Below are positions 47,001 through 59,000 of a stretch of 64,000 nucleotides of DNA, in pieces. The stretch comes from Leucoraja erinacea. Its lineage: Eukaryota. Under the pieces are notes generated by a model. It had not been told where the DNA came from. It did no database searches and saw only the letters and a list, made by a program, of their open reading frames with translations. The DNA is taken from the NCBI RefSeq assembly GCF_028641065.1, contig NC_073391.1, positions 34,100,001 through 34,164,000 on the forward strand, in the 5' to 3' direction. Numbering within the stretch: the stretch's first letter is position 1; each line of letters opens with the position of its first letter. The position numbers were made by a program, and so were the translations under genes.

Positions 47001-50000
47001 AATAAGCATTTGGTAAAGAGCTACGGTCAAACATTTCTCTATTGATGGTTGCATTTGATGGGTTAATAGATGTCTGTTTCGTATTAAAACTTTTGTAAAG
47101 AAGAGTGGTGTGGATCATTTCAGCCCTAAACTCATGCAAGGGGTAGTCCAGTTCAGAGAGGGTTATTCTTGCTGCGCACTTTTTCTATTGAGAAGGTGGT
47201 GTATTGCTTTTGTGGAAAAAATAAGACCACAGGAAGCCCCTACGTAACATTCTCCGCTTGGATCTGATCAACAGGGTGTCGTAGTCAATCTTCAGCACAG
47301 TTCTTGAGTGGCGACCAAGAACCCTGGGCCTTTAGAGGTGGTCTAGCAGGAGAGTTTCAGGTATTCTACCAATTCCCAATGATGATGTTATTTTTTCTTC
47401 ATTTTGAAAGAGAAAACATTGTGCAAAAGGAAAGGATTGGTCTGTTGATGGCTAGCTGGTTTCCTTGACAGAATTTGGTACACTTTGGTACTGGCACTAA
47501 TTTGCTTTCTTTTCAGTTTGGAAGGAGATGTTGGAATCCCACTGCGCCTGCGCGCGCTGCAAATTTTAGTTGACGTGTCGTTGACCAAAACGTTCCTTTG
47601 CAGGTTGCGCAACATTTACTGAGCGCTGCGCAGCTTGCTTCCACCTCGAAGTTCCATGAACCGCGAAGGCCAAGTTAAGAAGTGAACATTCAGCCTCTAA
47701 AATGTGGTGGGGATGGAGGGCGGGCGGGAGGAATACACCGAGACACATACGTAAGCACACTAAGTTATAACTCGCCTTGCCATTGGTGCCTAATGGACTC
47801 GAATGGGAGGGTCAATGGACAAGGATGTTTTCTATCCAGACTGCTGAACTTTCTTGGTTTTTCCTCAAAGGTTCATGGAGCTTTGTTGCGCTGTTTTGTT
47901 TTCTCCTCTACAGGTGCTTTTGCGCGCAGCCTGTGATACCGCGCTTGCGATGAAACTCTGGGTGCACTGCTTCGACAGCCAGTTAACCCTCTCCAGACCA
48001 AACCTCCTCCCCAGACATTCCTTGCCCCCCCCACCCCCTAAACCCTTCAAAAGAGATTTTTTGGCCTTTAAAACAAAAAAAAAAACTAAAAATAAAACTA
48101 CGATTTCCATAGTAATTGGCACCTCCCTGACTTCTTTGCTGCCGCAGACGCTGTGCGTCATGTCCGGTGACTGGAATTGGTTCCAGCTACATTGCTGCAC
48201 GTGATGTTTTACATGGTGCCTTCAGCAGCAAATGAGTTTGAGATTGGAAGTTATGTTGTGTGGAGAAGATACTGATGTCCCAAAGTTGTCGCAGAGCTGT
48301 ACTGACTAAGCTGTTTGTTCTTCGCAGCGTTTGTTGCCCATTGAAGCGGCAAACGATCTCTTCTACCAACCACCGCCACCCATGCCGACGTCAAAAGTCT
48401 TCGCCATCAGGCCATACTTCCCAAAGGACGAGGTAAGTGCCATTTTCATCTCAACGACATCATCGAGACATTCTTAGATCCTGGCATTTTGTGTTTGTGT
48501 AAACTAAGATGGGTCCTGACCCGAAACGTCACATATACATAAGGTAGACACAACATGCTGCAGTAACTCAACGGGTCAGACAGCATGTCTGTAGAAATGC
48601 AATAGCTGACTTTTCGGGTCGGAACCCTTCTTCAGACCATGCTACAGCCATCTTAAAACGGCTGATCTCTGAAGCTATGCAGGCACAGGCCTGGTCAGTA
48701 CTTGGATGGGAGACTGCCTGGGAATATAGGGTGCGAACAGCATTTTATAGCTAGCTTCCATATAAACCAACATCTTCAGTCCTTCCTATACATCTGTCAC
48801 GTATCCATGTTCTCCAGAGGTGCTGCGATACTCCAGCTCTTTGCGTCTTGTGTTCTTAAACAGAGTTTTAGTTTTAATCGGGTTCTTAATATATATGAAA
48901 ATTCCCAACCTTATCACCAACTGAAATGTGGTGTGGATATCAGACAGTGGCTTCTCATCCAAGTCACATTCTCCTTCTGTGTAACTATTAGAGAAAAAAA
49001 AACTGCTGAAGGAGCATGACAGGTCAGGCAGCTCGACAGGTCATGGACAGATGACATTTAGTCAGTTTACAGAATGATCCCGACCTGAAACATCGCCTGT
49101 CTTCCCTCCACAGACACTGCCTGACCTACTGGGTTCCTCCAGCACTTTGTTTAGCTCAAGATTCTATTGCCTGCAGTTTCTTGCATGCTCCCTCCTACTG
49201 ACAGTGTTTACTGTCCAACTTCAGATATTCAGGCACTGAGGACCTTCAATGTCCACGAGGGCTTTGTAGTTTTGACAGTTTGAAGAAGGGTCCCGACCCA
49301 AAACATCATCTGTCCATTTCCCTCACAAGACGTTGCCTGACCCACAGTGATCCTCCAGCACTTTGTGCTTTGCTCAAGATTCTATCACCAGTTCCTTGTG
49401 TCTCCGCGTAACTACAGACGTTTGTTCCAGCAGGCTTATTATATATTTTTTCTTGTGTCATTGCTGTCCATGCACAGAAGCCACTTAAATGAGATGCTTT
49501 TATCTCCAGTTGCTACAGTTATTTAATCAGTTCGTCTTGAGAAATCAACTGCTGCTTGTGCGGACTATTTGACTTTAGAGTTTGCATCCTTCCCTCTTGG
49601 TCTTACAAAACATTTTAATCCCTTGGAAATGGGAAGAAGGCATCTCGAAGGCAGCACTCAGAAACCTGTTCACAGTTTATATTCATGCTGTGTCTTTATA
49701 TTTTTAGAAGTTAAGCATTATTTCCTTTTGACCATCTCTTCAGTGGATGTTGTTGCTGTTTCTTCTAAATTGCTAAGTCAGTTACTTTAGCCCACCAAGT
49801 CCACGCCAACCAGTGATCACCCCGTATATTTGCACTATACTACACACTAGGGGCAATTTACAATTTTTACCAAAGCCAATTAATCTACAAACCTGCACGT
49901 CTTTGGAGTGTGGGTGGAAACCGGACCACCAGGAGAAAAACCCACGCAGTCACAGGGAGAGAGTTCCAACTCTTGTCAGCCTGTAGTCGGGATCGAACCC

Positions 50001-53000
50001 GGGTCCCTGGCGCTGTGTGACAGCAACTCTGCCACTGTGCTTCAGGAGTGCAACATCGGGCGTAATTGTAGCATTCGTACACTTCAAGGGTCAGTCCAGT
50101 TGTACCCTCTTCTCTTTACTGTTCAACGCAGAACGAGATGCAAACTCAATGTGTGAGGAAATTTGATTAATGTAACTACCAAGGCTTTTTTTTAAATGAT
50201 CCAAAAGTGATCAGTTTATTAAACGTTCAACAAAAAAAAAAGCCTTGGTGCAGTTACATGAATCCATGAGAATTCACTTTGCATTTTTGTAATGGCACAC
50301 TGGCTGAATCAAATCTGGCAATGTCATCCAGCATGGAAATGTCTTGTCAATCCCAACCTAAGTTAATCCCATTTGCCTGCACTCAGCCCATACCCCTCTA
50401 TACCTTTCCTAAGACATAGGAGCAGAATTGGGCCACTCTGCCCATCGTGTCTGTTCCGCCATTGGCTGATCCATTTTTCTCTCTGCCTCATTCTCCTGCC
50501 TTCTAACATTTGACACCATTACTAACCAAGAATCTATCGATCGCCGCTTTAAAAGTATCCAATGACTTGATCTCTGCCACCGACTGTGGCAATGAATTCC
50601 ACAGATTCACCACTCTCTGGCTAGAGAAACTCTTTCCGACTCGTTCGACTGCTTCCTGGCACCCAGTGCTTGGTTAATCTGTGTAGAATAGTGATGAACA
50701 TACTCTTCACAGGTAAAAGAACCTGGGGAAACTGGGATGCTATATGATGGATTTGTCCTTGTACATGTGGAAATCACCATTGATATGAATTTACTTGGTA
50801 AGTTCTATCAGATTGGCAAGTTATTTTTTAAACCGAGTTACAGTCAACATCTGGAACCGAGATGCAGGTCCAAGTAGTGAATCTGCACATGTGTACAAAC
50901 CTAACTTTAATCCTTGATTTGTTCTATTAGTCTCTGGATAATGAATATTTGGTTCATTGGTCCAGAGAGTCGCAAACAATATATACAGTGTTAAAGCTGG
51001 GAGCTTTGTCCAAGTCGGGCAACTGGTTTTATTGGTGGGTTGGTGGTGGAAGTCTCACACCAGCAGGTTCAGGAATAGCTACTTTCCTGCAACCATCAGG
51101 TTCCTGAACTGACCTGCATATCCCTTGCCCTTCCTTGTGCGTGAATCATCGGGAAGTACTATACCGCGGCAGAGTTGGGCAGATTTCCCACCAGTGTATT
51201 TGGGCCACGCCTCTTCTTGGCAATCAAGACCAAGTTCGATTAAGTAGTCTCTCACTGTCAATTATCTTTAACTGCGACCAGGAAAATATTGCAAAGACCG
51301 TACTGCTCTGTGTGTTTCATTTCCTGACACCCGCGTAGCTTGAGAACGACAGACACTGCAAATAAGACAGCTAGTTTCACCAGCTACATTTGTGCCATAA
51401 ATACGCACGTGGAACATTGGCAAAACATCTTGCCTTCCCCCAGATGTGGCACTTGAACTGGGGGATAAACACGTCACTCTTTGAGCTCTCCTTCAATGCA
51501 AATTCATCTCCCAAAACTTGGCAGCCAGCACTGATGTTTGTGACATTGGTCCAATTTTAAGCATTGTCTATGTATGGCAATAATTGCACTGATATATATG
51601 CAAAAACTGTATTTCACTGTACCTTTGGTGCAAGTGACAAAAAAAAGAACCATACACCAACCATATGACTGACATCTTCAGGATCCTCCTATTGTAGATA
51701 CGCACAAAACGCTGGAGTAACAGCAGGTCAGGCCGCAGCTCTGGAGAAATGGCTGCTAAGGAACCACACTCTGAAAACTTCCCTCTCTGAACCACTCTTT
51801 AAATCTTTAAAAACCTTCATAAAACGTTCCTAGGCCAGTAAGTGTTTTGTCACATGCGCTTTGTAAAACTTTATCTCATACTATTGTAACATCAGTAAAT
51901 TGATCCACTCATTAGATATTTTGGTACATCCTCTGTGGACTGTTAGATAACGATATACACAGCCGCACGTGATAAAACATTAACTGGCATAGGTAAGTTT
52001 TGTGAAGCTTTTTAAAGCTGAGTGGTTCAGAGCGGGGAGTTTTCAGAGCGTGGCTCCTTAACAGCTGAAAGTGTGGCCACCTATTATAGAGACACAATGT
52101 GCCGAAGTGACTCTAACGGGTCAGGCAGCATCTCTGGAGAACATGGATAGGTGATGTTTCAGGTTGGGACCCTTCTTCAGGCTGATTCCAGGGGTGGGAG
52201 GGGAAAAAAGCTTAACGAGTGGAAGGGCAGACAAGGCATACCAGGTCATAGGTGAGCGTGAGGGGTGGGAATTGTTGGACAAAGGAAGAACACGCAAGAG
52301 TTGCAAATTGAGGTTTGACTCGTGACTGAGTGATTGAAGTGCGACTCGTTTAGGAATATAGTGGAAGGGGAAGGGAGAGATGGGTGCCAGGGTTCGGGGA
52401 TTGCAGTGGAAAGGGGGGAGGGGGGAATGTTTTGTAGAGGTTACCTAAAGTTGCAGAATTCAATGTTTGAACTTCCAACTTTAGAATATTGTGTTTCAGG
52501 TACAAGGAGGGTGCAGATGGGGAAAAAAAGGGGCAAGGACTGCAATTAGGTATATTTTGACTACATGCTTAGCGCATGAGAGGCCCATTGAAGATTGATT
52601 ACTGTGGGCAAGATGTTCCTGAATCTGGTGGGGTGTGCTTTCAAACCTTTGTATCTTCTGCCCGACGGGAGAGAAGAGGGAATTACACTCTTGGGCAGAA
52701 CCAAGGCAAAGGATGCTTTCTACAGTGCATCTGTTGAGGTTAATAATTCATTGGAAACATGCCAAATTTCCTTAGTCTTCTGAGGAAGAAGTGTTGTCAT
52801 GGCTGTATATGTTGTTGGACAAGTTTATGTTCATAAATTACAGGAGCAGAAATATTCATAAATCACACGATCACCATCTACTCCTCCATTAAATCATGGC
52901 TAATCTATCCTTCCCTCTCAACCCCATTCTCCTGCCTTTCTCACCAGAGATATCTCGATATCTTTACTAATCAAGTAGCTGTCAATCTCTGCCTTAAAAA

Positions 53001-56000
53001 TATCCAATGATTTGGCCTCCACTGATATCTGTGGCAATGAATACCTTAAATTCAACACCCTCTGACTAAAGAAATTCCTCCTAGTCTCCTTTCTAAAAGT
53101 ACATCCTTTTGTTCATTTTAGTTGGAAATTCACAGCAGGTAAATCCATCAGTTTTTCTCTACCTTTCAACTAAATGTACAAGGAGGATCCATTAGCCTCA
53201 AAAGGGCCTTGACAAATTGACCTCAATCCCAAATCTATTTGGCCACATTGGATTGTTTCTATAACGATTCGGTGATAACGGGATATTGTGATTTTTCTGG
53301 TTGCATTTCACGCAAATGAAAGGATCAAACACCTTTATTTTGCCAGTGCGTCGGACAGTCCCCTCATAATGTGTTACAGAACTATTTATTAACTGGCCTT
53401 TTTTTTATCCGCAGGCCTCGGTGTACAAGATCTGTAAGGAAATGTATGATGATGAAATGGATGCCGGCTTGATGTCTGATCAGCCAGATATCATCGGTGA
53501 TAGGTGAGTGTCTGTGCGGAGTCTCAGCTGGTGTGTGAAATAGAACATAGCACAATACAACACAGGAACAGGTCCTTTGGCCTGCGATGTCTGTATCGAA
53601 CATTATGCCAGGGCCAACCCTCATGTGCATGTACATAATCCACATCCCTCCATGCCCTGCATATCCATATGCCTATCCAAAAAGTCTCTTAAATGCCACT
53701 ATTGTATGTGTCTCCACAACCACCCCTGGCAGCACATTCCAGACACTCAACACCTTCTGTACCTTTAAAAAAAAAAACTGATTTGTCCGACTTTTCCCCT
53801 GTAACCTTAAACCATTCCCTCTGGTATTTGATATTCAGTTAAATATTCGATATTCAGTTAACTCCCCCTCCCATTCCCACACTGATCTTTGTGTCCTGGG
53901 CCTCCTCCATTGTCAGAGTGAGGCCCAGTGCAAATTGGAGGAACAGCACCTCATATTTCGCTTGGGTAGCTTGCACCCCAGTGGTATGAACATTGACTTA
54001 TCTACCTACAAGTAGCCCTTGCTTTCCTTCTCTCCCCATCCCTTCCCAGTTCTCCGACCAGTCTTACTATCTCCGACTACATTTTATCTCTGTACCACCC
54101 GCTCCCCTGATATCAGTCTGAAGAAGGGTCTCGACCCAAATCATCACCTATTCGTTCTCTCGAGAGATGCTGCCTGTCCGGCTGAGTTACTCCAGCATTT
54201 CGTGCCTATCTTCGACACAAAAACTTGACAGTATGAATCATCAGATTCAGGAGCAGCATCTTCCCCACTACTGTCTGCCTACATTCAGTAGTCACAGTCT
54301 CTCCCCCACCTCATTCTGGACCTTGTACTTTTCCTCTAACTGTAACACTGCAGGCCCGTAACACCACTTTATGCACGCTTTGTACTTGTGTGTGATTTGA
54401 TGGTACTCGTGTACAGTATGATTAGACTGGATAGCACGCAGTTTTTCATTGCAACTTGATACACACAACAATATACCAATACTAGTCATTCCTTTCAAAA
54501 TGTATGTGACTGGATCTTGGCTCGGGGAAATATTGTCCCTGTTTCTATGCTATTGAATCCTCTGAGACGCTGACATCTTTACATATGGGCATGTTGATCG
54601 GTGTGGGCAAGTTGGGTCTAAGGGCCTGTTTCCACACTCTATCTTGCATAAAGTAGCTGAAGATTGCTGTCCGATGCTGTGTTGCAACAACCATCAGGCT
54701 CTTGAACACCATGAACTCCCAACTAAACTGCAAACTGCCCATTTAGGGTCTTTGGGAATTTTTGTTTATGTAACTTTTGTGGGGATTTTTCCTATTCATT
54801 AAGTTTTGTTTAGTTTAGTTTAGATACAGCGTGGAAACACGCCCTTTAGCCCACCGAGTCCGTGCCGACGAGTCCTGCATGTTAACTAGGGACAATTGAC
54901 ATTTATACAAAGCCAATTAACCTACAAACCTGTACGTGTTTGGAGTGTGGGAGGAAACCAAAGATCTTTGAGAAAACCCACGCGGTCACGGGGAGAACGT
55001 ACAAATCCCGTACAGACAGCACCTATGTTCTGGATTGAACCCGTGTCTCTGGCACTGAATGCACTGTAAGGCAGCAACTCTACCGCTGAGCCAGCGTGCC
55101 ATCTTGGTTATTGTTTATTATACTATCTATTGGGTACTGTTAAACATATGCTGCTGCAGCAAGAAAGATTTTCTTTGTTCTTTTCCCGGCTATATGACGA
55201 TAAAACACGACACTCTTAGGTGTCTAACTGAGGGACTATTTGAAGCAGTTGGTGTATGGGGAAGGGCAATGTGGCTCTGATGTGCCGGTACATTGATTGT
55301 GCTGCTCTTGCTGTGTTGCAGCTTGGTGGGTGGATTTTTGACACTAAGCCCCGACTATTGCTTTGTGTTGGAAGACGAGGGCAGCGTGTGTGGTTATGCC
55401 CTCGGCATTGTCGACGTCCACCCCTACGCCAGAAAGTGTAAAGTTTCCTGGATACCCGCAATGCGGGAAAAATACATTAAACCAGAAGCCAGTAAGGAGC
55501 TCTCCGATGAACAGGTACTTTCTCAGAATAATTGCACAATAATAGAACTTTCATGCTATAAATTCATTCAGTAACATTTGCTGCTACTTCCCCAGTTTTG
55601 CATCTGAATGTTACTAATTAGCAATGGCTTGTTGTAAATTTATCGTGCCTTTCAATGGACGAAACTCTGCAACCAGTAAAGACACGGGGTTCTTGCCCTC
55701 GTAGATCCCCGCAGCCCACCCATTCACGCTGACCCTTCATTGATCCCATCTTAGTCTACCCACATTCTCATCTCCCCAGATTCAACCACTAGTGTACACA
55801 CCAACGGCCGGTGAACCTACTGACACGCACCTCTTTAGGATGTGGCAGGAAACTGGAGCACCCGGGAGGGAAACCCATGCGGTCACAGGGAGAACGTGCA
55901 AACTCCTCACAGACAGCACCCGTAGTCGGGGTCGAACCTGGCTCTCTGGCACTGTAAGGTAGTGAACACACTAACTGCTGCTCCACACATTGGAATGGTC

Positions 56001-59000
56001 TGGCGACTACAATGCCTGCACCTGAGGAGGTCGCCACGTCCATCCCTCGCTGATAATCTGGTCAGTCGTGTGGATGTAGCATGTTTTGGTACCAACATAG
56101 AACAGTACAGCAAAGTGTGTCCGAACATGATGTCGAGAGCAACCCTTATTGCCCACACATAATCCATATTCCTCCATTCCCTGCACTCCACGCGCTTCTC
56201 CTGAAGCCTCTGAAACACCACTATTGTATCTGCCTCCATCACCCTGGGCAGTGGGTTCCAGACAAAAATAGAACCTTCATGCTCAAACGTTCACTCCTTC
56301 CCCAGTTTTTCACCTGAAACTTACTAATTAATATTGAGACGTGTACTGTTATGTCCTGTTTTACCATTTTCTCCTATCCCCACCCCTCAAGTCCCCATTT
56401 TATAAAGAATAATTGCCCAATTCCTGATCAGTTCCTCCTTGTCCAGATTCCTGGAGTTTTATTTTGCTGCTATCTATCCAATTTGTGATTGGAAGCCACG
56501 TGTGAATCTGATTCCATTTTGCTCTGGCAGTGAATCCTGAATCAGTATTACATGCAAAGGTTTTCCGCTCATCACCAGTGTTCTTTCAGCTTTTCCTGCA
56601 TTTGTGTGTGATCTTTCAACCTATTAGATTGTTCTCCACCCCCTCTCCTCCAAAGGGAATAATTGCAGTTCCCCTACTTTATCTGTATACTTGTGTGTTG
56701 TTACTGAGTGCCTCTCCGTCACTGGTCTGTGTCTCTCACACAGAAAATGATGTTGAGTTTCCACGAAGAGCAGCAAGGCCTGCCGGAAAACTTCCTCGCT
56801 TCCTTTCCCTCGCTGATTAAAGTGGACGTGCACACGAAAGTGACAGATCCCAGTGTCGCTAAGAGTATGATGGGCTGTTTGCTTTCTTCCTTAAAAGCTG
56901 ACGGTAAGGACCTCTCTTTTCTTCCAAATGTTTTACCTCCATCTGTGAGTAGGAAGTGCATTGTTCACACAGAGTAAACCTTCAGTGGCATTTGTTCTTC
57001 CTTCCTAGACCAGTCTTAGCATTGTACCGTACGGAAACAGACCCTTCAGTCCAATTCGTCTATGCTGACCAGTGGCCATCTAAGCTTGTCCCATTTGCCT
57101 GTGTTTGGGCCATACCCCTCTAAACCTTTCCTATCCATGTATCCGTCCAAATGTCTTGTAAATGTTATAGTACAGGTGCACAACCTTTTATCCGAAGATC
57201 CAAATAACGAAAACCTCCGAATAGCGACATTTTTTCAGTCCTTGAATAAAGGTCCTTGAAAACGTTCACCGAGGGCGGCCCGCAGAGGTGACAGCGGAAC
57301 CTCCGGTCGGTCCTCGAAGAAAGGGGAACTAAATCCCCATTCATAAAAGAGGTGAGGGTATATTGCGCGGGAGGGTTAATAATTGACAATATGCTGCTGC
57401 CTGCCCGCTGAGTTATAAAGTTCCCACGGTAGACACGATACACAGTGTATCGTGAGTCTTGCGTGCGAACTTTTTAACTCAGCGGGCAGGCAGCAGCAAA
57501 TTGTCGCTCCCTTCAGTTTCACCCCACCTACACCCCTCTGCTTCCCGGCCATGTGTGTGACCCCTTCCCTCCCCTCTCCAGCTCCCCGCGCATTGCACCG
57601 GCGCGGGGGCTTTGCACTGTCTTCACGTTGGAGCCAGTGCCAGTCACCGGAGACGTCAGGACCAACGGGACACCGACCCCCAGGCCCACTGCAAGCACGG
57701 AGATCCCAGAGACCCACAGCCAGCAGCAGCCCAGCCCCGTTCCAATTCCAGAGGAACACGCTCTCCGCTGTCCCCGTTGGGACAGAAGCTGATGGCTCGG
57801 GCTGTGACGTCTCCGGCCACCCCCCTGTACAGGAGCTGAGACTGGGAACTGTGGGGTTGTTTACAGTTGCAGAGGGTGGGGGCAAGGGCGGTACAGTTCC
57901 CAGTCTCAGCTCCATTCCAGGGTAGTGACCGGAGACGTCAGGACCAACGGGACACCGACTGCAAGCATGGAGATCCCAGAGACTCACAGCCAGCAGCAAC
58001 TCTAGCCCAGCCCCGCTCCAACTCCAGAGGAACCCGGGTTGCGGATGAGGGGGCGCAGCTCGGGCTGTGGGCGAACTGCCACTTGTCGCTGTAGCGGCGC
58101 ATCGGGGAGCGGGTTCCTGTTGGTCCTGACGTCTCCGGTCATCCCCCTGGACAGGAGCTGAGAGACGCCAGGACCACCAGAAGCCGCTCCCCGATGCGCC
58201 GCTACAGCGACAAGTGGCAGTTCGCCCACAGCCCGAGCTGCGCCCCCTCATCGGGACACCGACCCCCAGGCCCACTGCAAGCACGGAGATCCCAGAGACT
58301 CACAGCCAGCAACAACTCTAGCCCAGCCCCGCTCCAACTCCAGAGGACCCCGGCTTGCGGATGAGGGGGCGCAGCTCGGGCTGTGGGCGAACTGCCACTT
58401 GTCGCCGTAGCGGCCCATCGGGGAGCGGATTCCTCTGGAGTTGGAGGGACAGGGAGACACAGTGGCTTTTGAGAATGGTGGGCAATCACTTCCAAAGTTC
58501 TGCCCACAAAGTCAGTACACCTCTCCTACACTTGTCTCCCGCACTAAGATCATCTCACAGAGAATGATCCCAGCCTAACCCTCCCTATTCTCTCCTATTC
58601 TGCAAGAAAAAACTACATTGAAGACTCAAACTCGCGATTGAGTAACTGCGGGGATCGAGGGGCAAACTCGCGACCTGGCGGATACGAGCCGAGCACTCTA
58701 CCACTGAGCCAGCCGTTAAAATCTACGCTAAAAATCTTCCATTCCGAAAGCCGAAAAATTCTCAATTACGAAAAGTGTCTGGTCCCAAGGCTTTCGGATA
58801 AAAGGTTGTGCACCTGTACCTACATCGACTACCTACTCTGGCAGCTCATTCCATATACCCACTAGCCTCTGAGTGAAAACGTTGCCCCTCGGGTTCCTAT
58901 TAAGTCTTTTCCCCCCTCATCTTAAACCAATGCCCTCAATTTTTGGATTTCTCTACCTTGAGTACTGAGGGGTAACTTTTTCACAAAGGGTGGTGGATGT

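Noticed and set aside
57376-58567. 302-aa and other long ORFs
   Set aside because: They arise from GC-rich internal repeats of a non-autonomous transposon and show no DDE/DDD transposase or other domain motifs.
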